Source: Bacillota bacterium (lineage in GTDB: Bacteria; Bacillota; Desulfotomaculia; Desulfotomaculales; JBFMEU01). Taken from it: a stretch of 64,000 bases of DNA. Positions 53,219 to 62,599 of the stretch are shown piece after piece. Position numbers and translations under genes: made by a program. Every line of letters starts with the position of its first letter. The stretch's first letter is position 1. The notes under the pieces are model-generated. The model was not told the DNA's origin and did no database searches. It saw only the letters and a program-made list of their open reading frames with translations. The stretch is taken from contig JBFMEU010000003.1 in NCBI GenBank assembly GCA_040753155.1, forward strand, positions 5,045 through 69,044, in the 5' to 3' direction.

Positions 53219-54265
53219 TTATTTGCCGCAACCCCGGAGAAATCTTTCCAGGGCCAGGGAAAGGTTCTTGGTCATATAGTCCACCACGGTAACCATCCTG
53301 GCGTAGTCCATCCGGGTGGGTCCCAGCACACCCACAGAGCCCTGGGGCCTGCCGTCCACCGTGTAGGTTGCCATGACCATACTACATTCCCGCATCTGGT
53401 CATGGCTGATTTCGCCGCCAATGCGCACCGTAACGCCACTGACGCGGCAGCCGTCGGACATGATGTTGGAAACCAACTTTTCTTGCTCCAGGAGGCTAAG
53501 TAAAGTTTTAACTTTCTCCACATTGTGAAATTCTGGCTGGTTTAGGATATTAAATACCCCGCCTAGATAGATTTTATCCTTAATATCCGGGGCCAGGCTG
53601 TCACTGACCAGTTCCAGAGCCATATTCAATATCTGATCGTGTTTGGCCAACTCAAAATAGATTTCCTTAAGCAGGGTCATCTTGATGCTTTCCATGGTCC
53701 GCCCCTGCAATTTAGCGTTTAGCACAGTAGAAATGGTATCTAGATCCCCCTGGGTGATACTTTCGGAAATCTCAATCATCCGGTGGTGAACGGTGCTGTT
53801 GTCCATCACTACAATCAACAACGCCTTTTCCGTCGTCATTTGCACCAACTGGATATGCCTGAAGGCGGTGTTTCCCGTCTGAGTTGACAGTACCACCGCG
53901 GCGCAGTTGGTGAGCTGGGCCAGGAGTTGCCCTGTATATTGAATAATTTCCCCGACGCCTTTAACCTTGGCCTCATACCTCTGACGGACCAACTCCTGCT
54001 CATCGTTGGTAAGCTCTTCCCGCTGCATTAAATAGTCCACGTAATAGCGGTAGCCCCGCTCCGAGGGTATCCGGCCGGCCGATGTGTGAGGCTGCTCAAT
54101 ATAGCCCGTTTCCTCCAGGTCGGCCATTTCATTGCGTATAGTTGCCGGGCTGATCCCCAAACTGTATTTCCGCGCTATGGTCCGTGAACCAACCGGCTCA
54201 GCAGTAGCAATATAGTCGTGGATAATGGCCATGAGAATCTGCTGCTTCCGGCTGTCCATCTTCAT
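53219..54265 (-). CDS. hrcA: heat-inducible transcription repressor HrcA
   Basis: Motifs RKQQILMAIIHDYIATAEPVGSRTIA and VLGPTRMDY. Confidence 0.95.
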   Translation of the reverse strand: MKMDSRKQQILMAIIHDYIATAEPVGSRTIARKYSLGISPATIRNEMADLEETGYIEQPHTSAGRIPSERGYRYYVDYLMQREELTNDEQELVRQRYEAKVKGVGEIIQYTGQLLAQLTNCAAVVLSTQTGNTAFRHIQLVQMTTEKALLIVVMDNSTVHHRMIEISESITQGDLDTISTVLNAKLQGRTMESIKMTLLKEIYFELAKHDQILNMALELVSDSLAPDIKDKIYLGGVFNILNQPEFHNVEKVKTLLSLLEQEKLVSNIMSDGCRVSGVTVRIGGEISHDQMRECSMVMATYTVDGRPQGSVGVLGPTRMDYARMVTVVDYMTKNLSLALERFLRGCGK

Positions 54266-54283
54266 CCCTGAGCACCCCCCTTT

Positions 54284-54310
54284 GTTAGCACTCTCTTTAA
54301 TTGAGTGCTA
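54284..54310 (-). promoter_or_regulatory. CIRCE operator (HrcA binding site)
   Basis: Perfect TTAGCACTC-N9-GAGTGCTAA. A candidate promoter, TTGACA (54352-54347) with TATTTT, lies just upstream on the minus strand. Confidence 0.95.
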
Positions 54311-54348
54311 ATACCCTAGCTAAAAAATAGCACTTATTATGCCGTTTG

Positions 54349-56148
54349 TCAAGGGAAATCAATGCTTAACACAGCCATGAAGGCTTCTTGGGGAATTTCC
54401 ACGTTCCCCACCTGCTTCATCCGCTTTTTACCTTCCTTCTGCTTCTCCAAAAGCTTGCGCTTACGGGTGATGTCGCCGCCGTAGCACTTGGCCAGCACAT
54501 CCTTGCGCCGGGCTTTGACGGTTTCCCGGGCAATGATTTTATTGCCGACAGCCGCCTGGATGGGTATTTCAAACAAGTGCCTGGGGATCAATTCCCTGAG
54601 CTTTTCGGCCAGGGCCCGGCCCCGCTGCTCCGCTTTGTTCCGGTGCACTATGCTGGACAGGGCGTCCATTACCTCCCGACCGATGAAGATGTCCATTTTC
54701 ACCAGCTTTGAGCGGCGGTAACCGGTCACCTCGTAGTCCAGGGAGGCGTAGCCCCGGGTGCGGGACTTCAGGTGGTCGAAAAAGTCGTAGATTATTTCGC
54801 TCAAAGGCAGGTCATAAGTCAGCATAACCCGGTTTTCACCCAGGTACTCCATATTGTTAAAGACACCCCGCCGGTTCTGGCATAACTCCATGACAGGTCC
54901 GACATAGTCCTTGGGCGCCATGACGGTGGCCCGGACATAGGGCTCCTCCATGAATTCAATTTTGCCTGAGGGCGGCAGCTTGGAGGGATTTTCAACCATC
55001 AGCACATCACCGCCGGTGGTGGTAACCCGGTACACCACGTTGGGGGCGGTAGTGATCAGGCTCAGGTTGTACTCCCGCTCCAGGCGCTCCTGGACGATTT
55101 CCATGTGCAACAGCCCCAAAAACCCGCAACGAAAACCAAAGCCAAGGGCCTCGGAGGTTTCCGCCTCGTAAACCAGGGCGGGGTCGTTTAGCTTGAGCTT
55201 GTCCAGGGCGTCCCTCAGGTCCTCATAATCCATGGTTTCCACAGGGTATAGGCCGCAGTAAACCATGGGGGTGATTTTTCGATAGCCCGGCAAAGGCTCT
55301 TTAGCTTGCCGGCGGGCATCGGTGATGGTGTCCCCCACCCGGGTGTCCTTGACATTTTTCATACTGGCGGACACAAAGCCCACCTGCCCCGCCCGCAGTT
55401 CGTCGGTCAGGGTCATGGCCGGGCGAAAAATGCCCACCTCATTAACCTCAAACTCCTTGCCCGTGGACATCATCCTGATAGGCAGGCCCTTTTTCAGGAC
55501 CCCTTCCATCACCCGGACATAAGCAATGACCCCCTTGTAGGAATCATAGTGGGAGTCAAAAATCAGCGCCCGCAAGGGGGCCTGCTCATCACCCCGGGGA
55601 GGCGGGATCTTGCTGACAATTTGCTCCAAGATCTCCTCCACACCGGCGCCGTCCTTGGCCGAGGCCATAACCGCACCGGACATATCCAGGCCAATAACGT
55701 CCTCAATCTCTTTTTTAACCCGTTGGGGATCGGCCGCGGGCAGGTCAATTTTATTAATTACCGGAATGATTTCCAGGTTGTGGTCCAGGGCCAGGTAGAC
55801 GTTGGCCAGGGTCTGGGCCTCAATGCCCTGGGCGGCGTCCACCACCAAAAGCGCCCCCTCACAGGCGGCCAGACTCCGGGACACCTCGTAGGTAAAGTCA
55901 ACATGGCCCGGTGTGTCAATCAGGTTAAGCTGGTATTCCCGGCCGTCCCTGGCCCGGTAGATCAGACGCACCGCCTGGGCCTTAATGGTAATACCCCGCT
56001 CCCGCTCCAGATCCATCTGGTCCAGCACCTGCTCGGACATCTCCCGCTCGGTGAGAGTACCGGTAAACTCCAGCAAGCGGTCGGCCAGGGTCGACTTGCC
56101 GTGATCTATGTGGGCAATAATACAAAAATTGCGTATCCGTTCTTGCAT
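54349..56148 (-). CDS. lepA: translation elongation factor 4 (LepA)
   Basis: [20 protein letters not shown], 599 aa. Confidence 0.97.
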   Translation of the reverse strand: MQERIRNFCIIAHIDHGKSTLADRLLEFTGTLTEREMSEQVLDQMDLERERGITIKAQAVRLIYRARDGREYQLNLIDTPGHVDFTYEVSRSLAACEGALLVVDAAQGIEAQTLANVYLALDHNLEIIPVINKIDLPAADPQRVKKEIEDVIGLDMSGAVMASAKDGAGVEEILEQIVSKIPPPRGDEQAPLRALIFDSHYDSYKGVIAYVRVMEGVLKKGLPIRMMSTGKEFEVNEVGIFRPAMTLTDELRAGQVGFVSASMKNVKDTRVGDTITDARRQAKEPLPGYRKITPMVYCGLYPVETMDYEDLRDALDKLKLNDPALVYEAETSEALGFGFRCGFLGLLHMEIVQERLEREYNLSLITTAPNVVYRVTTTGGDVLMVENPSKLPPSGKIEFMEEPYVRATVMAPKDYVGPVMELCQNRRGVFNNMEYLGENRVMLTYDLPLSEIIYDFFDHLKSRTRGYASLDYEVTGYRRSKLVKMDIFIGREVMDALSSIVHRNKAEQRGRALAEKLRELIPRHLFEIPIQAAVGNKIIARETVKARRKDVLAKCYGGDITRKRKLLEKQKEGKKRMKQVGNVEIPQEAFMAVLSIDFP

Positions 56149-56191
56149 ATTCTCAAAAAGGCCTCCTTATTGGCGCAACAACTCATACCTT

Positions 56192-56390
56192 GTAACTACT
56201 CAGGTATTCAGAATTCAGGAGTCAGGAGTCAGAATACCCCGAAACTATGCTTCCAGCAATTTACTAACCTCTTGCAAGAGAAGTTTTGTTTCGTAAGTAT
56301 CACCATATCCAAGATCCTTCGTAAGTATCAAGTAATATCGGCATTCTTCAACAGAACCTTGTGCAATGTTTAAAAAACGCGAGTAGTTAC
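56192..56390 (+). mobile_element. Family C non-autonomous element C6 (retains the C-terminal ~45 codons of the four-helix-bundle gene), TSD CATACCTT
   Basis: An 8-bp direct repeat sits at 56184-56191 and 56391-56398. Termini are GTAACTACTCAGG / CGAGTAGTTAC. On the minus strand the interior reads RFLNIAQGSVEECRYYLILTKDLGYGDTYETKLLLQEVSKLLEA*. Confidence 0.9.
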
Positions 56391-56437
56391 CATACCTTTG
56401 CATTATAACACTTTGGGCAGGCCTCCGAAAAGGTATA

Positions 56438-56481
56438 TATTCAGTGAAACCGGTGTTAAGGCACGGCGTTATCACCGCTCA
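56438..56481 (+). repeat. Family D left-end fragment (D4)
   Basis: TATTCAGTGAAACCGGTGTTAAGGCACGGCGTTATCACCGCTCA, after which homology ends. Confidence 0.8.
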
Positions 56482-56487
56482 AAAGAA

Positions 56488-57609
56488 TCAATCTCTTACC
56501 TGACCGGTTTCCGCCAGATACACGGCCAGCACTTTTGCCAGCAAACGGGCGCTGGCCACGGCCTCCCCGGTTGAATTGGCCACGGTGCCCATCTCCAGCA
56601 GGATGGCGCCCGGGTGCAAGTACTGGTTGTAACGGCCCTCCTTAACCCGGACCCCCAGGGAAAGCCCCGGGTACATACTATCCATTTTGTCCGACAGGCC
56701 CCGGGCAAAGTTGTAATTTTGCCGCCATTCGGGGTGGGAGGCCCGGGCGTCGGAGCCGATGACAATTAAAATGGGGGCCACTTCCCGGCCGTTTACGGTA
56801 ACCAGGCTGTTCTGCCTGGACTTGCCGGCATCCCGGTGGATATCCAGCACAGTCACCAGGTGCGGGTGCTGGGCCAGCAGTTCCCGCGCCACTTTTTCCG
56901 ACTCGGCATAAGAGGTGCTGTAAACGGCGTCGCAAATCTGGTCCGATCTGGCCACCCGGATGCCGTAGCGGGTTTCCAGTTCCTCCTGCAGGGCGGCGGC
57001 CACGGTGACCACTCCCCCCCGCTTGCCGTCAAGACGTTCCATGCCGTCGGTGAGAGCATAGGTCTCCCCGGTGTGGGTGTTGTAAATGGCCACCAGGCAG
57101 TGCTTGGAAAGCTCCGGCGGCCCTGCTGCCTCCTCTAATTCCTCAGGCTCTTCCGCCGGCGGCGGGGAAGCGCCGGCGGAAGACACCGGCCCCTGCTCGG
57201 TGGCCAGGGCCAGCAGGGATATTTCGCTGTGCAACAAATCCAGGGGCTCACTGAAGCGCAGCTGAAAAGCAGTAAGCGCCCCGGTGACGGCATAACGGGG
57301 GGTCACGGCCGAGGGCGCATCATCCGCCGCCCCGGACCGGGCCAGCAGCGGCATGGCCAGTAGCAGCACACCCCGGGGATCCTGCTCATCCATAACCAGA
57401 GACTGCCAAACGATTCTTGGTACGCTGTCTTTAAGCGCCATTGCCGGGTGGCCTAACTGGTTGATGATAATAAAGACCAGGCCCGGGATAATAATTATAA
57501 GCTTAAGCAAGATGGCCGGCCGAAACTTATTAGCTCTTCTGATGTTCCCCGTACAGGCCCGCTGCATGAAAATACCCCCCATAATGGCAAAATACTGTCC
57601 ATAGTACAA
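56488..57609 (-). CDS. spoIIP: stage II sporulation protein P
   Basis: C-terminal amidase-like domain IYNTHTGETY...VLDIHRD...LLEMG. Position next to lepA is conserved. The start is uncertain. Confidence 0.85.
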   Translation of the reverse strand: MYYGQYFAIMGGIFMQRACTGNIRRANKFRPAILLKLIIIIPGLVFIIINQLGHPAMALKDSVPRIVWQSLVMDEQDPRGVLLLAMPLLARSGAADDAPSAVTPRYAVTGALTAFQLRFSEPLDLLHSEISLLALATEQGPVSSAGASPPPAEEPEELEEAAGPPELSKHCLVAIYNTHTGETYALTDGMERLDGKRGGVVTVAAALQEELETRYGIRVARSDQICDAVYSTSYAESEKVARELLAQHPHLVTVLDIHRDAGKSRQNSLVTVNGREVAPILIVIGSDARASHPEWRQNYNFARGLSDKMDSMYPGLSLGVRVKEGRYNQYLHPGAILLEMGTVANSTGEAVASARLLAKVLAVYLAETGQVRD

Positions 57610-57658
57610 GTATATATGCCTTTACTGCGGGGGGTATTCCTTTGTTATTACTCTGCCC

Positions 57659-58009
57659 TTAGCGCAGCACGGTAGGTACAACGGCATCAATAATGCCAAT
57701 TACGAACGCCGCAATAAGCGCTCCCACCAGGGTAACTGTAAGCAGACCGGGAATAATAAACTGGGCCACATAAATAACTACCGCGGCTGTGATAAAGCCA
57801 ACCAGGCCCCGGCTCTGGGGAGTAATCCGATCCCCCAGCAGGGCCTCGGCCACATAACCCAGCAGCGCAATGACAGCAGCGGCAATGAGCGCCCCGATAA
57901 AACCGCCCTGCACCACAAATCCCGGGGCCAGCCAACTAACAACAATCAATACAAGAGCAGAAACAACAAACCTGATGGCCAGTCCAATCCATTGCATTAA
58001 CGATGTCAC
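57659..58009 (-). CDS. DUF360 / phage-holin-4-like small membrane protein (YvlD-like)
   Basis: 116 aa, four hydrophobic segments, family-typical length. Confidence 0.6.
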   Translation of the reverse strand: MTSLMQWIGLAIRFVVSALVLIVVSWLAPGFVVQGGFIGALIAAAVIALLGYVAEALLGDRITPQSRGLVGFITAAVVIYVAQFIIPGLLTVTLVGALIAAFVIGIIDAVVPTVLR

Positions 58010-58126
58010 CTCCTTAATATAAAATCATTCAATATATTTGACCAAATTATCCATCTGTATACAACGCCCTTGCTTTTTTTTACTGTGCGTGATAAAATTG
58101 TTGCTGCCGGGGGAGGTGAAAACGCA

Positions 58127-58393
58127 ATGGCCAACATAAAATCCGCAGTTAAAAGGGTTAAAATAGCTCAAAAGCGGAGACTTCGCAACGCCCGCATCAA
58201 GTCCACCGTCCGGACCTCCATTCGCAAATTCGAGGATGCCTTGACCGCAGCCGGCCGGGAAGAGGCCCAGACAAGTTTGCGCAAGGCTCTGATCATGCTT
58301 GATAAAGCTGTTACCAAGGGTGTTTTACATAAAAACACCGCAGCCCGCAAGAAATCCCGCCTGACCAAAAGATTCAACAAAACGGCGGGGTAA
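58127..58393 (+). CDS. rpsT: 30S ribosomal protein S20
   Basis: MANIKSAVKRVKIAQKRRLRN. GGGGGAGGTG lies upstream of the ATG at 58127. Confidence 0.95.
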   Translation: MANIKSAVKRVKIAQKRRLRNARIKSTVRTSIRKFEDALTAAGREEAQTSLRKALIMLDKAVTKGVLHKNTAARKKSRLTKRFNKTAG

Positions 58394-58441
58394 CAAAAAG
58401 TTTCCCTGGCAAACCATTTTTGAATACAGACTAAATAAAGT

Positions 58442-58473
58442 GTTGCCCGCAAAAAAGGGACAGGCAACTTTTT
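58442..58473 (+). terminator. terminator of rpsT
   Basis: GTTGCC..GGCAAC followed by TTTTT. Confidence 0.55.
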
Positions 58474-58515
58474 CGCAAAGCGAAAATAGTAGCCTGTCTT
58501 TTTGGTCTAAGCCAC

Positions 58516-58571
58516 CTGAATTACGCTGGTTTTCTCATTCTGACTCCTGACTTCTGACTCCTGACTCCTGA
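58516..58571 (+). repeat. Family C right-end remnant (C7) fused to the 3' end of holA
   Basis: CTGAATTACGCTGGTTTTCTCATTCTGACTCCTGACTTCTGACTCCTGACTCCTGAG. The terminal GTAGTTAC is missing. Confidence 0.8.
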
Positions 58572-59599
58572 GATTGGCAGAGCTTTAAAACCAGCATTTC
58601 CATGGCCGGGTAGAAGTCCAGGCGTCCGGTCTTGGTCTTGACATCAATTTCCCCCAGGCTGTCCAGTAACTCCAAAAGCTGGGCAGTTGTGAAGTTGCGC
58701 CCCTGCTCCTGAACCTTTTTGGCCACAAAGGGGTGCGCCCCCAGCCGGGCGGCCAGTTCGGGCCCGGAACAGCCCTCCCGCCGCAGCTCCCCGGCCAGTA
58801 AAATAAGCCGGAACTGCCTGACCACCATAGCCAGGATGTAGTGGGGCTGCACCCGGCATAAAAGTAAATCCCTGATCCCCTGCAACGCTCTGGCGCACTG
58901 CTTCTCCCCGATGGCGTCAACCACCGCAAAGATACTGTCCTCCAGCTTTTCCGGCACCAGGTCCCTGACCTCCCGGGGCGTGATGGTTGTACCGGGAGCT
59001 GTATAGTTAATCAACTTCTCCATTTCCTGATACAAGCTGATCAGGCTTTTTCCGCGCCGGCGCAGCATTTCTTCCGAGGCCTCCCGCTGGATGCCCCGGC
59101 CCTCCTGCCGGGCCCGCTGCTCCAGCCAGCGGTAGATCTCCGTTGGCTTTAACAGACTGAACTCCACCACCCGGCCCTTAGCGGCCACCAATTTGTAAAT
59201 TTTCCGGCGCTTGTCCACGGCTTCCCCGGCATCGAAAACCAGGCAGGTTTCTGCCGCCGGCTGCTCCAAATAGCTCCGCAGCAAGGCCTCCCCGGGCCTT
59301 TCCCCGGACTCCCCGGCCCCGGCCCTGGCAGGGCGAAACAGCCCGGCCTGGCGGACAATGACCAGGCGCCTGGCGGCCAGCAGCGGCGGAAGGCCGGCAG
59401 CAGCCACAATGGCGTCCGGGCCGGTGCCTTCCCCGTCCAGGAGGTCCAGATTAAATTCCGCTGTGGCCGGTTCCAGCAAGATCTCCTTAAAACGGGCCAG
59501 GGCCTGTTCCCGCAGGTACACCTCAGGGCCGTAAAAGAGATACACGGGGGCAATATTCCCCCGCTTTAAGCTGTCCAGTAAATCAAGATAGTACTTCAA
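58535..59599 (-). CDS. holA: DNA polymerase III delta subunit
   Basis: 354 aa. Starts PVYLFYGPEVYL and is in the conserved position. The last 13 codons (QSQESGVRSQESE) are encoded by repeat C7. Confidence 0.9.
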   Translation of the reverse strand: MKYYLDLLDSLKRGNIAPVYLFYGPEVYLREQALARFKEILLEPATAEFNLDLLDGEGTGPDAIVAAAGLPPLLAARRLVIVRQAGLFRPARAGAGESGERPGEALLRSYLEQPAAETCLVFDAGEAVDKRRKIYKLVAAKGRVVEFSLLKPTEIYRWLEQRARQEGRGIQREASEEMLRRRGKSLISLYQEMEKLINYTAPGTTITPREVRDLVPEKLEDSIFAVVDAIGEKQCARALQGIRDLLLCRVQPHYILAMVVRQFRLILLAGELRREGCSGPELAARLGAHPFVAKKVQEQGRNFTTAQLLELLDSLGEIDVKTKTGRLDFYPAMEMLVLKLCQSQESGVRSQESE

Positions 59600-59615
59600 A
59601 TGGCAACCCCACCAT

Positions 59616-59915
59616 CTATAGCTTTTGCTCCACCGCCGCCACCTTGCCCGCCATGGTTACGGGCCGATCCCGCCGGTCGTCAACCTTGATGGTAGTCAGC
59701 ACCCGGACCACCCCGGCCTTGAAGGGCTCCTCGTGCATTTGCCGCGCCAGTTCCAGCACCCGGTCAAGATCGCCCTCAATGATGGTTCCCATGGGAGTTA
59801 ACTGATAGCTAACACCCTCCGCCCCCTGCAGTAACCTGACACAGCCGGCCACATAATCGCTGAGCCCGGCGCCCGTGGTACCCAGGGGCACTACACTAAC
59901 TTCAACCACCGCCAT
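59616..59915 (-). CDS. MTH1187/YkoF-family (DUF77) thiamine-binding-like protein
   Basis: MAVVEVSVVPLGTTGAGLSDYVA...MGTIIEGDLD. The ATG at 59915 follows AAGGGGGG. The ORF-track start at 60050 lies inside moaC. Confidence 0.75.
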   Translation of the reverse strand: MAVVEVSVVPLGTTGAGLSDYVAGCVRLLQGAEGVSYQLTPMGTIIEGDLDRVLELARQMHEEPFKAGVVRVLTTIKVDDRRDRPVTMAGKVAAVEQKL

Positions 59916-59931
59916 ACTGCAACCCCCCTTA

Positions 59932-60441
59932 TTATGGATTCCAAAGCTCCTCGCCCTCCCGCCTGTACTCACCGCTCCGGCCGCCGGATTTGCTGACCAG
60001 CCGTATTTTTTCCACCCGCATACCCTTATCCACAGCCTTACACATATCATAAACGGTCAGGGCTGCCACGGAGACCGCCGTCAGCGCTTCCATTTCCACC
60101 CCGGTCTTGCCGGTGGTACGCACCCTGGCTTCAATTTCTACCGTGTCGGGCTGCCGCAGCCGGAAATTTACGTTAACCCCGGTCAGATTGATGGGATGGG
60201 CCATGGGAATCAGACGTCCGGTTTCCTTGGCCGCCATAATGCCGGCCACCCGGGCCACCCCCAGTACATCACCCTTGGTCATACCACCGGACGCCACCAG
60301 GGTCAAGGTCTCCGGCTGCATGATAATCTCGCCCCGGGCCACGGCCTCCCGCAGGGTCTCCCCTTTTTCGCTAATGTCCACCATGCGGGCCCGGCCGCCG
60401 GCATCAAAATGGCTAAGCCCGCTAAAACTATCATTTTCCAT
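59932..60441 (-). CDS. moaC: cyclic pyranopterin monophosphate synthase MoaC
   Basis: Motifs [17 protein letters not shown] and MCKA.DK. Confidence 0.95.
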   Translation of the reverse strand: MENDSFSGLSHFDAGGRARMVDISEKGETLREAVARGEIIMQPETLTLVASGGMTKGDVLGVARVAGIMAAKETGRLIPMAHPINLTGVNVNFRLRQPDTVEIEARVRTTGKTGVEMEALTAVSVAALTVYDMCKAVDKGMRVEKIRLVSKSGGRSGEYRREGEELWNP

Positions 60442-60745
60442 GGCTCTTACCCCCTACAGAAGATCCTGTCTTTATGGTCCCAAGGCCCGGCGATATTATG
60501 CCTTAACTATTCGTTGCCAGAAATGCAAAATCCTTTTCCGCAAAACAGGGCGACATAATTTTCAATAACCCTTGCCTGGCTGACCCGGCAGGATTTCAAG
60601 GCCTAGGGTAGAAGTATTTAGAAGTTATCCCGGGAAATGGCCCCGGAAGGGTAATTGTTCAATCCACGAAGATAAAACACTGTGGTGGTGTTTTAGAGCC
60701 ACTTCAGGGGACACTACCAGATGAGCATAAGGAGCGATGTATTAA

Positions 60746-61045
60746 ATGTCCCAGATGAAGGAACTGCCCCGGGGCAACCGGATCATCATCAGCGTACTGG
60801 GTCCCGACCGGGTGGGCATTATCGCCGGCGTTGCCAACGTGCTGGCCGCCAACAACATTAACATCCTGGATATCAGCCAGACCATTTTGCAGGAATTTCT
60901 GGTCATGGTACTCATTGCCGACATGGAAGGAAGCAAAATAGACCTGGCCACCGTCAAGGAACTGCTCAACGCCAGGGGCCGGGAACTGGGTGTGCGCATC
61001 GACGCCCAACACGAGGACGCTTTTAGTTTCATGCACCGCATTTAA
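60746..61045 (+). CDS. ACT-domain protein (UPF0237 family)
   Basis: IIISVLGPDRVGIIAGVANVLA..NINILDISQT. It is paired with the downstream UPF0210 gene. Confidence 0.85.
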   Translation: MSQMKELPRGNRIIISVLGPDRVGIIAGVANVLAANNINILDISQTILQEFLVMVLIADMEGSKIDLATVKELLNARGRELGVRIDAQHEDAFSFMHRI

Positions 61046-61186
61046 TATGCGCTAAAACGATGGGCAGGCAGGCAACATCCCACCGGGCCAAAAGGTTTCA
61101 CGCCGAAAGGACCATGACCGGGAGGCATAAGCCACTACCGGCCACTCAGGATTTTAACGGAACTGAAATTGGAGGTTGAATCCGCA

Positions 61187-62545
61187 ATGCTGACCATGCA
61201 GGAAATACTTGAAACAATAAAAATGGTTCAGGAGGAAAACCTGGACATCCGCACCATCACCATGGGTATCAGCCTGCGGGACTGCAGTCACCCGGACGCT
61301 GACATCGCCTGCCGCAAAATTTATGACAAGGTCACCCGCCTGGCCGGCAATCTAGTCCGGGTGGGGGAGGATATTGCCCGGGAATACGGCGTTCCCATTG
61401 TGAACAAGCGCATTTCCGTGACCCCCATGGCTCTGGTGGCCGAGCCCAGTTCTCCCGCAAACTATTTTAAATTTGCCCAAACCATGGACCGGGCGGCGGA
61501 AACTGTGGGGGTCAACTTCATTGGGGGCTTTTCCGCCCTGGTACATAAGGGCTTTACCACCGGTGACGGCAACTTAATTGAAGTTATTCCCGCCGCCCTG
61601 GCGGAAACGGAAAGGGTCTGCGCCTCGGTAAACGTGGCCACCACCAAGGCGGGCATCAATATGGACGCAGTTTACCGGATGGGCCGGGTGATCAAGGAGA
61701 CCGCCCGGCTCACCGCGGACCGGGACGGGCTGGGCTGCGCCAAACTGGTTGTATTTGCCAACGTCCCCGAGGATAATCCCTTCATGGCCGGGGCCTTCCA
61801 CGGTGTGGGGGAGCCCGAGTGCGTCGTCAACGTGGGAGTTAGCGGCCCGGGGGTGGTCAAAAATGCCGTGGAGCGGGTCAGGGGGGCTGATTTTGGCGCC
61901 CTGGCGGAAACGGTAAAAAAGACCGCTTTCAAGATCACCCGCATGGGCGAGCTGGTGGGCCGCACAGCGGCCGGCCGGCTGGGTGTGCCCTTTGGGATTG
62001 TGGACATTTCCCTGGCCCCCACCCCGGCGGTGGGCGACAGTGTGGCCGAAATTTTGGAGGCCATGGGCCTGGAGCGCTGCGGCGCCCACGGCACCACCGC
62101 CGCCCTGGCGCTGCTAAATGACGCCGTTAAAAAGGGCGGGGCCATGGCCTCATCTTACGTGGGCGGGCTGTCCGGGGCCTTTATCCCCGTCAGCGAGGAC
62201 GCCGGCATGATCCGGGCGGTGGAGGAGGGTGCCCTGAACATCGCTAAACTGGAAGCCATGACCTGCGTTTGCTCCGTGGGCCTGGACATGATCGCGGTGC
62301 CGGGGGACACCCCGGTGGAAACCCTGGCCGCCATCATTGCCGATGAGGCCGCCATCGGGGTGATCAATCAAAAAACAACCGCTGTAAGAATTATCCCCGC
62401 CCCGGGTAAAGTGGTGGGGGATTTCGTGGAATACGGCGGGCTCTTGGGGCGGGCCCCGGTAATGGCGGTAAATCCCTTTTCAGCCGTTGACTTCGTGCGC
62501 CGGGGCGGGCGGATTCCCGCCCCCATCCACAGCTTGAGCAACTAA
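61187..62545 (+). CDS. UPF0210/DUF711 family protein (PFL-like fold, function unknown)
   Basis: [30 protein letters not shown] is a typical N-terminus. The ATG at 61187 follows GGAGG. Confidence 0.85.
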   Translation: MLTMQEILETIKMVQEENLDIRTITMGISLRDCSHPDADIACRKIYDKVTRLAGNLVRVGEDIAREYGVPIVNKRISVTPMALVAEPSSPANYFKFAQTMDRAAETVGVNFIGGFSALVHKGFTTGDGNLIEVIPAALAETERVCASVNVATTKAGINMDAVYRMGRVIKETARLTADRDGLGCAKLVVFANVPEDNPFMAGAFHGVGEPECVVNVGVSGPGVVKNAVERVRGADFGALAETVKKTAFKITRMGELVGRTAAGRLGVPFGIVDISLAPTPAVGDSVAEILEAMGLERCGAHGTTAALALLNDAVKKGGAMASSYVGGLSGAFIPVSEDAGMIRAVEEGALNIAKLEAMTCVCSVGLDMIAVPGDTPVETLAAIIADEAAIGVINQKTTAVRIIPAPGKVVGDFVEYGGLLGRAPVMAVNPFSAVDFVRRGGRIPAPIHSLSN

Positions 62546-62550
62546 GGCCA

Positions 62551-62563
62551 CCTGAATAGTAAC
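62551..62563 (-). repeat. solo 13-nt terminus of a Family C element (inverted orientation)
   Basis: CCTGAATAGTAAC is the exact reverse complement of the left TIR tip GTTACTATTCAGG. Confidence 0.5.
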
Positions 62564-62599
62564 ACCAGTTGCAATTACACCGGCAGGAGGTTCAAATAA

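Noticed and set aside
56245-56475. A 76-aa ORF, considered as an intact four-helix-bundle protein gene.
   Set aside because: Only the C-terminal ~45 codons derive from that gene. The N-terminal part reads through the element terminus, the TSD, flanking DNA and a Family D fragment. It is a relic, not a gene.
57659-58009. The DUF360 / holin-4-like protein as evidence of a prophage.
   Set aside because: It is a single small membrane gene in a conserved housekeeping context, with no phage structural or lysis genes nearby.
60442-60745. A Moco riboswitch upstream of moaC, or a riboswitch upstream of the ACT gene.
   Set aside because: The moaC leader appears too short (about 50 nt after the candidate promoter). 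The hairpins on the plus strand (for example AAAACAC-7nt-GTGTTTT) are weak and AT-rich. There is no recognisable conserved motif.
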